Below, piece by piece: positions 12,820 through 23,453 of a stretch of 64,000 bases of DNA. Origin of the DNA: Eledone cirrhosa. Lineage: Eukaryota. The DNA lies in assembly GCA_964016885.1 (NCBI GenBank), contig OZ024741.1:373240001-373304000 (forward strand), read 5' to 3'. How positions within the stretch are numbered: position 1 is the stretch's first letter; each line of letters begins with the position of its first letter. A program made the translations under genes and the position numbers. The notes beneath the pieces were generated by a model that made no database searches, had not been told where the DNA came from, and saw nothing but the letters and a program-made list of their open reading frames with translations.

Positions 12820-12821
12820 GC

Positions 12822-12903
12822 GACCCCACCCCCCAAAAAATGTATACATACTTCAACAGCATTCTAATAAAAGTGTGTATACATTTTTTGGGGACACCCT
12901 GTA
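12822..12903. mobile_element. Short Tc1/mariner-type MITE (related copy ~10680-10745)
   Basis: Inverted arms CCCCAAAAAATGTATACA / TGTATACATTTTTTGGGG; right end ACACCCTG-TA. Confidence 0.6.
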
Positions 12904-13291
12904 TAAATAAATAAATAAATATATATATATTTAGTCCATAAATAGCCGACGAAACGGCTTGAGCTCTGACATCGGGGTCTTGAACTTTTTCCTATATATA
13001 TATATATATATATATACAAAGGAAATGTGGTAAGGAACCAGATGGACCATAACGCACCAGAGTACTCAATACTTAGGGTAGTAGAGTGGGAAATAGGAAA
13101 AAGTATGACACCGACGGCAGAGCTCAAGCCGTTTCGATGGCTATTTCTGGCCTAAATGTATATATATATATAGGCATGTATATATATACATACATATATA
13201 TATATATACATACATATATATACATGCCTATATATATATATACATACATATATATATACATACATATATATATATACATACATATATATGT

Positions 13292-13894
13292 ATGGTGGCT
13301 GCCAACTCGTTTTCGAGTACGGCCACTACTTTATATCCATGTAGGAGAACCCCTACCGATGCGCTGAACGAGTGTCACTTTTTAGTCCAGCCAGCAACTT
13401 GAAAACTCTGGTACAAACACTACACTTGTGACAATTATTGACACATAGTGCTGGGCCCATGGTACCATGTGATGACAAGTGCAGAGAGATCTCCAGATAT
13501 AAAGCAATGCCTGTGCCATGAAGCTTTTATAGTGCGCAAAGGCACTGCACAAAGCCAGTCCCACTCTCTTAACCAAGATCATGTTTACCAAAAAGAAGAA
13601 CAAGTCAACATCATTGGATACCATCAGGGTGTTATATCAGAGTTTTCCTTCTCCTAGAATTCTGCCTTGACAAAGGCTAAGGGGTCATCTCTCCCAGTGA
13701 TTTTAGATGGCCATTGACTCTTAAGAGCTCCTTTGCCTTTTGACAGGTTTTGTTTTTAGTCCTGGAGGATGTCCAAAGTCCCCCTCCTCACCAAGAAACC
13801 TTGGTGGGGTTGCCAGTTTAGTCGCCAACGACCCGACCATGAGACAGGTTGTACTGGGATACATGTTACCAGTGGCACCAACTGGTGATCTGAC
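13292..13894 (-). mobile_element. Bipartite non-autonomous RTE derivative (5' UTR fused to last zinc finger + 3' end); longest copy
   Basis: 5' part homologous to the RTE 5' UTR at 18385-18612; 3' part matches the RTE fragment at 61660-61850; (ATGT)n tail. Confidence 0.88.
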
Positions 13895-13972
13895 ATAAAC
13901 ATACATACATAAACATACATATATATATATATATATACATACATATATATATATATATACATACATATATAT

Positions 13973-14035
<63 letters not shown>

Positions 14036-14292
14036 CATATATATACATATTATATATATATACATATATATACATATTATATATATATATATACATATAT
14101 ATACATACATATATATATATATATATAAATACATATATATATATATATACATATACATACATATATATATATACATATACATACATATATATATACATAT
14201 ACATACATATATATATATATACATACATATACATATATATATATACATACATATACATATATATATATATATACATATATATATACATACAT

Positions 14293-14333
14293 ATGATGGC
14301 TGCCCCCTCGTTATCGAGTATGGCCATTGCACA

Positions 14334-14402
<69 letters not shown>

Positions 14403-14433
14403 AAAAAAAAAAAAAAAAAAAAAAAGGGAAAAG

Positions 14434-14466
<33 letters not shown>

Positions 14467-14680
14467 TATACATATATATATATATACACATACATATACA
14501 CACATACATACATACACATACATACATATATACACACACACATACATACACATACACTCACACATATATACACACATACATTAATAACAATAATAATAAT
14601 AGCAATAATAATAATAACGACAACAACAATAATAATATACATATTCATATATATATACACACACACGCACGCACATAAGC

Positions 14681-14724
<44 letters not shown>

Positions 14725-17700
14725 GATAGCAACTAACAGTGCTGCGATCGAATGTGGCTTTTTAGCCCAGCCAATGATCTAAAATGTCTTGCACAGAGTC
14801 GGCAACCAAAACATTTACTGGGAATAGTCGGCTGTGGTTGGAGTTCGTGTACTTTTGCATGTCGCTTGAGTCCTCCTGCTGATTTACATTCTCTACCACA
14901 TGTTTGGCAAGCATGATGAGTAGCATCTCCAACAGCAGCCTGGTAGTCAACCACTGGTCTTACTTTATGACTGCGAAGATGACTTTCGAGTCCAGCTTTG
15001 CTTAGGCAGAGTCTCGCACAGACGCTGCATGTCAGAAACATAGGAGGACCCTCGCCGTCTGGAAGTGCAACAGCAATACCCTTCCTCACGTCCCGCTTTA
15101 CTTTCTCGTGTGCGATTCGAGATGCCTCAAAGGCAACTTTTCCCTCATATACAGTCTTTCTCCATTTATTACGATCAGCAGCAATATTTTCCCATGTATC
15201 AGCAGAGATGTTAGCGTCTTTCAGAGAGGCTTTCAAGGAATCCTTATACCTCTTTTTTGGTTTATGTGGCGGTCGTTTTCCTTTAACCAACTCTCCATAG
15301 AAGAGTTGTTTTGGTATTCTAGAATCCTTCATCCTGGCAAGGTGACCACTCCAACGGAGTCGCTGCTTAAGCACAAGAGCTTCTATACTGTCACACATAG
15401 AGCTTTCCAAAATCTCGACATCACTGATGTGGTCCCTCCAGCGAACGCCATGTATCCGTCTGAGACACATCTGATGGAAACGCTCCAATTGCTTAAGGTG
15501 GCGTCGATATGTGACCCAGGTCTCGCAGGCATAAAGAAGACAAGAGAGTACACATGCCCTGTACACCTTTACCTTTGTCCTCCTGCATATGTCTCGCCGA
15601 CCCCAGAGTCGCCTTTCTAGCTTTCCGAAAGCATCACTTGCTTTCCTAATCCTAAGTGAGATTTCACTGTCAAGGTTGCCGTATCGATTGACAGTGCTTC
15701 CCAGGTAGACAAACTGATCAACCACTCCAAGTCGTTTGCCATACACATAGATGTTTGGTTCAGTGTACTGCCTACCAGGTGCAGGTTGGTACATGACGAC
15801 GGTTTTCTTGAGACTGACAGTCAAACCCAGGGCAGTGCAAGCGTCAGAAGATACATTCAAAATGTGCTGCATATCACTCTCTGTGTGCGCTACAAGATCG
15901 CAATCATCTGCATACAAGAGGTCTCTTATGACTGATGTAAATACTTTTGTCTTCGCAGCAAAGCGCCTGATGTTAAATATGCTGCCTGAGGTTCGATATC
16001 GGATGTAAACACCATGCTCGCAATTCCTGAATGCAATACAGAAAACCATTGCAAAGTATATGGCAAACAGGGTCGGTGCTGGAATATCCCCCTGTTTCAC
16101 TCCATTTTTTACTGAGATAGGCTCCGACATGTTACCTCCGACATTAACCCAAGCCTTCATGTCGTCATGGAAAGACCTAACTAAAGCAAGGAACTTATCA
16201 GGGCAACCAAGTTTCTGGAGAACCTTCCATAATGCATCTCTGTTGACAGTATCGAAAGCCTTTGTCAGATCGACAAAAACCTGATACAGATCCAAGCCCT
16301 GTTCAATGCACTTCTCCTGGAGCTGTCTAGCTGAGAAGATCATATCAGTAGTGCCGCGTCCAACACGAAAACCAGATTGACTTTCAGGAAGGACACAATC
16401 TGCAATGTGTGTCAGCAGACGGTCCAGAAGCACCCTACATAAAACTTTCCCCACGACAGAAAGCAATGATATACCTCTGTAGTTCCCACAATCATTCCTG
16501 TTACCCTTTCCCTTGTACAAGACCACCATTACTGCATCTCTCCAGTCCTCAGGCACGGATTCATTAGCCCATATCCCTCCAAACAGAGAGTGAAGATGTT
16601 GCAGGAGTCTCTCACCACCATATTGTAGGAGCTCAGCATGTATGCCATCCATACCTGGAGATCTTCCACTGTTCAGCTTCGAAATAGCCACTGCAACCTC
16701 CACAAGTGTCGGAGGTTCTGCGAGAGCTACTTTCACAGGACTTTCCGGAATGAGATTGAGGAAATCTTCACTGACGACAGACGGCTGATTCAAAAGATCA
16801 TCAAAGTGCTCTCGCCACCTTCGTAGAATTCCCTGTGAGTCACGAAGAAGTTCTTTGCCATCCTTGCTGCGAATCGGTGTCACCAGAGAAGAAGACGGTC
16901 CATAAACCTCACGCAAGAGACTGTACAACAGCTTTGTGTTATTGCAATCAGACGCAGTTTGTATCTCACCAGCCTTCTCACTCCACCACTGATCCTTCAT
17001 CTGAGAAAGACTCCGCCTAACACGTGATTTTACATCCCTGAGCTCCTCATGCAACGTATTCCTCTCCTGTGGTTTTGCCGTCAAGTAGCGTGACAGAGCG
17101 CGCCTCTTATCAGCCAACAAGTCATCTATATGCACATCTTTCTCATCAAACCAGTCCTGATGTTTTCTTTGCACCAATCCCAGAACACGTCTGCCTACAT
17201 CATAAACCGACTTTTTAAGGGTCGGCCAATCCTCACCAAGATCTGCAGCCTGCATCTCTTCTTCCAATGTCCTCTTCACATTTTTATCCTTAAGACGAGC
17301 AGCATTCAATCTTTTGGGCAGGGTAACACCAGGAGCCCGGATTTTACGTTTGGTGATTAGATTCACTTTTGCGCGTACCAGGCGGTGGTCCGTCCAGCAC
17401 TCAGCTCCACGAAGAACACGAACACACTGCACATCCTGTCTGTCACGCATCCTGACTAGGACGTAGTCCAAAAGATGCCATTCCTTAGATGCAGGATGCA
17501 TCCATGTGGTCTTGAATTTGTTCTTTTGTTGGAACATGGTGTTGGTAACACACAGATCCAGCTCCTCACACACCTGCAGCAAGAGCATACCATTGCTGTT
17601 ACACTTTCCCACCCCATGCCTTCCGATTACATTCCATGTGTTAAAATCCCTACCCACTCTAGCATTAAAGTCACCAAGCACGATGACTTTGTCTGCCTGA

Positions 17701-18322
17701 GGGATATTTCTTAAAACACCTTTCAAGGCATGGTAAAAGGACAGTTTTTCTTCATCGACAGAATTCATAGTTGGAGCATACACACTCACCAGGGTAGCAT
17801 ATCTTCCCTTGTCCAGCGGAACTCTCATGGACATAAGACGCTCACTAATCCCCACTGGGAATTCTTCTAATTTATTCACCAGTACAGTCTTAACAGCAAA
17901 TCCTACCCCAGCCTCTCTTCTGGTTCCTTCATCTCTTCCTTTCCAGAAGAATGTATATTCTCCACAAAATTCCGTAAGATGACCATCTCCAGCTAACCTC
18001 GTCTCAGACAAAGCCACGATGTCAAGATCGTAACGTCGAAGCTCCTTTGCAACAAGAGCGGTCCTTCGTTCAGGACGCTCCAAAGAATCCCTGTCAAGCA
18101 GCGTCCGTACATTCCAGCAGCCAAGACTAAATGCCCTGTTTGGCTCTATTACAATGGCACGATGACGGGCGGGCCCAGGTTGTGATAACTTGGGGCCCCT
18201 GCCCTTATTGCCAATGATCTTTTTTGTTCCAGAACCCAAATTGGCAATTATCTCGTTTACATTGTTCTGGAACATCATTGAATTGGAAAAAAAAAAAAAA
18301 AGAAAAAAAAAAAGTAATAATA

Positions 18323-18360
<38 letters not shown>

Positions 18361-18661
18361 ACACTATTAATAATTATTAATGCACTCGTGCAATGCCTGT
18401 GCGTGACGAATATTTTTAAAGTGAGGAAAGACTGTGCACTGAACCAATCCCACTCTCTGAGCGACAGTAGCTATAACCCGAAAAGAAGAAAAGATCAACA
18501 TCATCGGTAACTACTGAGCCGCAGGTTTTATATCGGAGTTAACCCAGTTTCCTGAGATGCCTTCTCCTAGAAAAATACCCTGGCATGGGCTAGGGGTTCT
18601 TCACTCCCAGTGGTTTAACTGCGCGATCGGGCATCCAGCCCGATTATTTCTATGTCCCCGC

Positions 18662-18663
<2 letters not shown>
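14293..18663 (-). mobile_element. Near full-length RTE (BovB-like) LINE, family A
   Basis: 5' UTR ~18380-18663 with CTAGGAGAAGG motif; intact ORF; microsatellite-filled 3' UTR; terminal GGCCATACTCG-ATAA-CGAG..GGCAGCCATCAT(ATGT)n at 14293-14335. Confidence 0.88.
14733..18278 (-). CDS. RTE LINE polyprotein: APE endonuclease, reverse transcriptase, three C-terminal C2H2 zinc fingers (1181 aa, uninterrupted)
   Basis: WNVRTL, LSETR, YAPT, GDFNARVG, LDY, TDH; NYRGISLL, DLTKAFD, GVKQG, YADD, FVYLG; three CxxC-x12-H-x3/4-H fingers. True start codon uncertain. Confidence 0.96.
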   Translation of the reverse strand: MMFQNNVNEIIANLGSGTKKIIGNKGRGPKLSQPGPARHRAIVIEPNRAFSLGCWNVRTLLDRDSLERPERRTALVAKELRRYDLDIVALSETRLAGDGHLTEFCGEYTFFWKGRDEGTRREAGVGFAVKTVLVNKLEEFPVGISERLMSMRVPLDKGRYATLVSVYAPTMNSVDEEKLSFYHALKGVLRNIPQADKVIVLGDFNARVGRDFNTWNVIGRHGVGKCNSNGMLLLQVCEELDLCVTNTMFQQKNKFKTTWMHPASKEWHLLDYVLVRMRDRQDVQCVRVLRGAECWTDHRLVRAKVNLITKRKIRAPGVTLPKRLNAARLKDKNVKRTLEEEMQAADLGEDWPTLKKSVYDVGRRVLGLVQRKHQDWFDEKDVHIDDLLADKRRALSRYLTAKPQERNTLHEELRDVKSRVRRSLSQMKDQWWSEKAGEIQTASDCNNTKLLYSLLREVYGPSSSLVTPIRSKDGKELLRDSQGILRRWREHFDDLLNQPSVVSEDFLNLIPESPVKVALAEPPTLVEVAVAISKLNSGRSPGMDGIHAELLQYGGERLLQHLHSLFGGIWANESVPEDWRDAVMVVLYKGKGNRNDCGNYRGISLLSVVGKVLCRVLLDRLLTHIADCVLPESQSGFRVGRGTTDMIFSARQLQEKCIEQGLDLYQVFVDLTKAFDTVNRDALWKVLQKLGCPDKFLALVRSFHDDMKAWVNVGGNMSEPISVKNGVKQGDIPAPTLFAIYFAMVFCIAFRNCEHGVYIRYRTSGSIFNIRRFAAKTKVFTSVIRDLLYADDCDLVAHTESDMQHILNVSSDACTALGLTVSLKKTVVMYQPAPGRQYTEPNIYVYGKRLGVVDQFVYLGSTVNRYGNLDSEISLRIRKASDAFGKLERRLWGRRDICRRTKVKVYRACVLSCLLYACETWVTYRRHLKQLERFHQMCLRRIHGVRWRDHISDVEILESSMCDSIEALVLKQRLRWSGHLARMKDSRIPKQLFYGELVKGKRPPHKPKKRYKDSLKASLKDANISADTWENIAADRNKWRKTVYEGKVAFEASRIAHEKVKRDVRKGIAVALPDGEGPPMFLTCSVCARLCLSKAGLESHLRSHKVRPVVDYQAAVGDATHHACQTCGRECKSAGGLKRHAKVHELQPQPTIPSKCFGCRLCARHFRSLAGLKSHIRSQHC

Positions 18664-18702
<39 letters not shown>

Positions 18703-19142
18703 ACTTATTGACACTTATACGTACGACATACACACACACGCATACATATGCGTGCACACAGCAACACTCACACACACAACAAACACACACACACGCTACT
18801 CTACTCACTTACACGCACACACACACATATATATATATATATTACCGTCATTACTGATACAAGATTACCAGATTATGTCAACTGTTGACTTTCAAGAGTT
18901 TGTATAGTTGAAGCCGATCGTATTACAGTCCAGTATTACTATAATTGCTTTACAGCATAGAGTTATGGCTCTCCACGGAGTCAACAAAAGAGAGTACCAG
19001 TGATGCGCTGGCCAGTCGCTGGATCCGTGCCAAAAGCAGAAAAATTATTATTAAAGTTGTTCTTAAGGCCAGGTCGCTGGTGATGGTGATGGCGACGGCG
19101 GTGGCGGTGGTGGTGGTGGTGGCAGTTGATGTTGTTGTTCTG

Positions 19143-19205
<63 letters not shown>

Positions 19206-20025
19206 GTTATTTTGAGTTTTTTTTTTCCTTTCCCTTTTTTTTTTTTTTTTTTTTTTTTCCCCTTCCCTTTTCTTTTTTCTTTTCCCTTCCTTTTTTTATG
19301 TTTTGATGCCGCTGTTGTTGTTGTTGTTGTAATTGTTGTAAATGTTCATTTCAGTTCATTCTGAAGCTGTTGTTGCTGTAAACATTAGTGCCGGTGTTGT
19401 TGTTGTTGTAGATGTTGGGGTTGAAATCTGGTTGTTTGACTGAGTGATGTATATACACACATATACATACACACACATATATATATATACATTCATCAGA
19501 GAGTAGAGAGTTTGACAACAGGTCGATGACTTTAGTCTCGATAGGGTATGGTATGGTAATGACATGTGATGGTGGGGAGAGAGTGTAGACGTTATTGTGG
19601 TGGTGTGGACAGTGAGATGTATCTAGTTCATTTGACCGTTTTCTTCTCTTAGCAAAATTTGAATTCTAGCCATGTTATATTGAGATGTAAGTAAATGTAA
19701 AATATAAATAAGGATTGCTCTGCTAAAATATACTAAAATATTTGTGTAACTTCCACAAACTTCTGTCGTGACATTCCCGAGTCCAGTAACAAACAAATTG
19801 TTGTATTTTGATGTTTCAGAATACAAAAATTAATTAAAAACTTACCCCACGAAGAGACAGCGTGTGTTGTCCTATCTATAAGCTCCCTCATATATATATA
19901 TACATACATACATATATATATATACATACATATATATATATACATACATATACATACATATATACATACATATATATACATATATATATATACATACATA
20001 TATATATACATATATATATACATAC

Positions 20026-20477
20026 ATGGTGGTGGCTGCCAACTCGTTTTCGAGTACGGCCACTACTTTATATCCATGTAGGAGAACCCCTACCGATGCG
20101 CTAAACGATTGTGACTTTTTAGTCCAGCCAGCAACTTGAAAACTCTGGCACAAACACTATACTTGTGACAATTATTGACACATAGTGCTGGGCCCATGGT
20201 ACCATGTGACGACAAGTGCAGAGAGATCTCCAGATATAAAGCAATGCCTGTGCTGTGAAGCTTTTATAGTGAGCAAAGGCACTGCACAAAGCCAGTCACA
20301 CTCTCTTAACCAGGATGGTATTTACCAAAAAGAAGAAAAGTCAACATCATTGGATACCATCAGAGTTGCAGGTGTTATATCAGAGTTTTCCTTCTCCTAG
20401 AATTCCGCCTTGACAAAGGCTAAGGGGTCATCTCTCCCGGAGAATTCTGCCTTGACAAAGGCTAAGGGGTCATCTCT
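20026..20477 (-). mobile_element. Bipartite non-autonomous RTE derivative, 5'-truncated, with ~42-bp terminal duplication
   Basis: Matches 13292-13695; AGAATTCYGCCTTGACAAAGGCTAAGGGGTCATCTCT occurs twice. Confidence 0.9.
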
Positions 20478-20591
20478 ATATATATATGTATGTATATATA
20501 TATATACATACATATATATATATATATATACATATATATATACATACATATATATATACATACATATATATATACATATATATATACATAC

Positions 20592-20624
<33 letters not shown>

Positions 20625-20737
20625 CATATATACATATATACATATATATATACATACATATATATATATATATACATATATATATACATACATATATATA
20701 TATATACATATATATATACATACATATATATATATAC

Positions 20738-20768
<31 letters not shown>

Positions 20769-20955
20769 CATACATATATATATAAGGAATTTATATCTAG
20801 TAACATCTATATACACACAGATGCATATCAATGCTAGCAAATATATATAGGTTTTGTCTTATTAACAATGTGGTTCAATGCATGGGGTTGCAGAACAATA
20901 ATATGAGAGACGTAAAATAAGAAAATTATAAAATTAACTTACTTACTAAAAAATC

Positions 20956-21040
20956 ACTTCCAACTAATTAGTTTCTGGAATGGAGTAAATATATTTTCCG
21001 AAGAAATTTTTATGGAAAATCATTCCGTCATCAGGAAAGT
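20956..21040 (-). ncRNA. Type I hammerhead ribozyme motif
   Basis: Reverse complement of the motif at 21832-21914. Confidence 0.75.
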
Positions 21041-21482
21041 CTTTTTCCGTATAGATCTCCAGGCATAGCGAGGACACTGGAAACTTATTAAAAAAGTAAT
21101 TCAGTGGAATGGAAATAGCGATGCGTGGACTGGATTCCAAGCCATTGAGAAAATCACTGCCTCTACGTCCATGGCAAATTCAAAAAGAATCAATCACGTG
21201 ACATCGAGGTCAATCAGTGGAAAGCGAGTGGTTATTAAGACAGCGGCCAGCTTACTACCATAGTAGCAGTCATGGCCAAATATTGCTCGACAAATGAATT
21301 GGAGATAATTATAAGGAATTTATATCTAGTAACATCTATATACACACAGATGCATATCAATGCTAGCAAATATATAGGTTTTGTCTTATTAACAATGTGG
21401 TTCAATGCATGGGGTTGCAGAACAATAATATGAGAGACGTAAAATAAGAAAATTATAAAATTAACTTACTTACTAAAAAATC

Positions 21483-21565
21483 ACTTCCAACTAATTAGTT
21501 TCTGGAATGGAGTAAATATATTTTCCGAAGAAATTTATGGAAAATCATTCCGTCATCAGGAAAGT
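21483..21565 (-). ncRNA. Type I hammerhead ribozyme motif
   Basis: Reverse complement of the motif at 21832-21914, 527 nt from the first copy. Confidence 0.75.
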
Positions 21566-21831
21566 CTTTTTCCGTATAAGTCTCTAGGCATAGCGCGGAC
21601 ACTGGAAACTTATTAAAAAATAATTCAGTGGAATGGAAATAGCGATGCGTGGACTGGATTGACCTCGATGTCACGTGATTGATTCTTTTTGAATTTGCCA
21701 CGGACGTAGAGGCAGTGATTTTCTCAATGGCTTGGAATCCAGTCCACGCATCGCTATTTCCATTCCACTGAATTATGTTTTTAATAAGTTTCCCGTGTTT
21801 TCGCTATGCCTGGAGACCTATACGGAAAAAG

Positions 21832-21914
21832 ACTTTCCTGATGACGGAATGATTTTCCATAAATTTCTTCGGAAAATATATTTACTCCATTCCAGAAACT
21901 AATTAGTTGGAAGT
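21832..21914 (+). ncRNA. Type I hammerhead ribozyme motif
   Basis: Stem I ACUUUC/GGAAGU; CUGAUGA; stem II GGAAUG/CAUUCC with inner AUUUUCC/GGAAAAU; GAAA; palindromic stem III AACUAAUUAGUU; GUU triplet. Confidence 0.78.
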
Positions 21915-22058
21915 GATTTTTTAGTAAGTAAGTTACATACATATATATATATATATATATACATACATATATATATATATATATACATACATATATATAT
22001 ATATATATACATACATATATATATATATATGCATATATATGCACATACATATATATAT

Positions 22059-22127
<69 letters not shown>

Positions 22128-22166
22128 CATATATATATATACATACATATATATATATATACATAC

Positions 22167-22197
<31 letters not shown>

Positions 22198-22231
22198 CAT
22201 ACATATATATATATATATATATACATACATA

Positions 22232-22287
<56 letters not shown>

Positions 22288-22358
22288 CATACATATATAT
22301 ATATACATACATATATACATACATACATATATATATATACATATATATATATACATAC

Positions 22359-22407
<49 letters not shown>

Positions 22408-22408
22408 C

Positions 22409-22485
<77 letters not shown>

Positions 22486-22582
22486 CATACATATATATAT
22501 ACATACATATATATATACATACATATATATATATACATACATATATATATACATACATATATATATGTTTATATATATATAT

Positions 22583-22738
22583 ATATTGTTATACTTTGGG
22601 AGGGTCATGTTGCCAATAAGAAACACACGCACTGGTGCGTGTGTTTCTTATTGGCAACATGACCCTCCCAAAGTATAACAATATCGGTTTCAGCACACGT
22701 TTTCAGATAAAGAATCTTGCTAAACAAATTCAGAAACG

Positions 22739-22741
<3 letters not shown>
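22583..22741. repeat. Perfect palindrome (50-bp arms, 2-nt centre) plus 57-bp one-sided extension; unclassified element
   Basis: 22583-22632 is the reverse complement of 22635-22684; same family at 42441-42768 and 26270-26395. Confidence 0.88.
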
Positions 22742-22775
<34 letters not shown>

Positions 22776-22780
<5 letters not shown>

Positions 22781-23340
22781 AAAGTTTGTCCTTCATCAGT
22801 GATCTTCCAACTATCATAGGCATTTCATCGCTTTAAAGACCATATACCTCCGGTTGGTGCGAGCAACGGCTAAAAAAAGTCGTTGGGACACGTAAATAAA
22901 GGGGACGCGAGGGTAAACAAACAAAATGGTGAAGCAACAGAAAGTGAGGAAGAAGGAGCTAAGTCCCAGATTTCTATGAATTTAAGTTCGGTGAAATCGG
23001 GAACGAGAGAATAAAGACCATCAAACCTGGTTGAAATGTGAGCAAGGAAGGAATATCGCACAGGTCTAACGGGAGGAAGAAGGGGTCTGGACTGCGAATT
23101 CGGTAAACATAAGTTCTGTGAAATCGTAGACGAGAGAGAAAAAATTCTGACCCGCTTGGCCGAGAAGGTGAGAGAAAAGAATTACTCACAGGTCAAACGG
23201 GAAGAAAGAGGAGGAGGAGAGATAGTGACAGAGAATGAGTGAGTGAAGGGTGAGGAAGAGGCTAACAGAGAGAGAGACTGCTAGAAAGGGTAAAGATACA
23301 TAGAACGAAAAAGACGGTGTAGCAGCAGAGGAAAAAATAT
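22776..23340. repeat. Unclassified interspersed repeat (second copy 25333-25657), possibly a Penelope-like terminus
   Basis: Two similar copies both start TGAAAAA(A)GTTTGTCC directly after (TA)n. Confidence 0.65.
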
Positions 23341-23357
23341 GTGTATACATACATATA

Positions 23358-23431
<74 letters not shown>

Positions 23432-23453
23432 CATATATATATGTATATATATA

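Larger units (their letters stand above)
20781..21935. mobile_element. Non-coding hammerhead-bearing tandem/inverted repeat (retrozyme- or Penelope-pLTR-like)
   Basis: Unit 1 20781-21309; partial unit 2 21310-21660; inverted partial copy 21657-21935; flanked by TA microsatellites. Confidence 0.82.

Noticed and set aside
14998-17714. Plus-strand ORFs opposite the RTE ORF, and similar antisense ORFs over other LINEs
   Set aside because: Shadow ORFs of the real coding strand with no motifs.
19440-19890. Possible host exon on the minus strand (GG|GTAAGT donor-like site near 19845)
   Set aside because: No recognisable coding sequence or acceptor; cannot be supported without transcript data.
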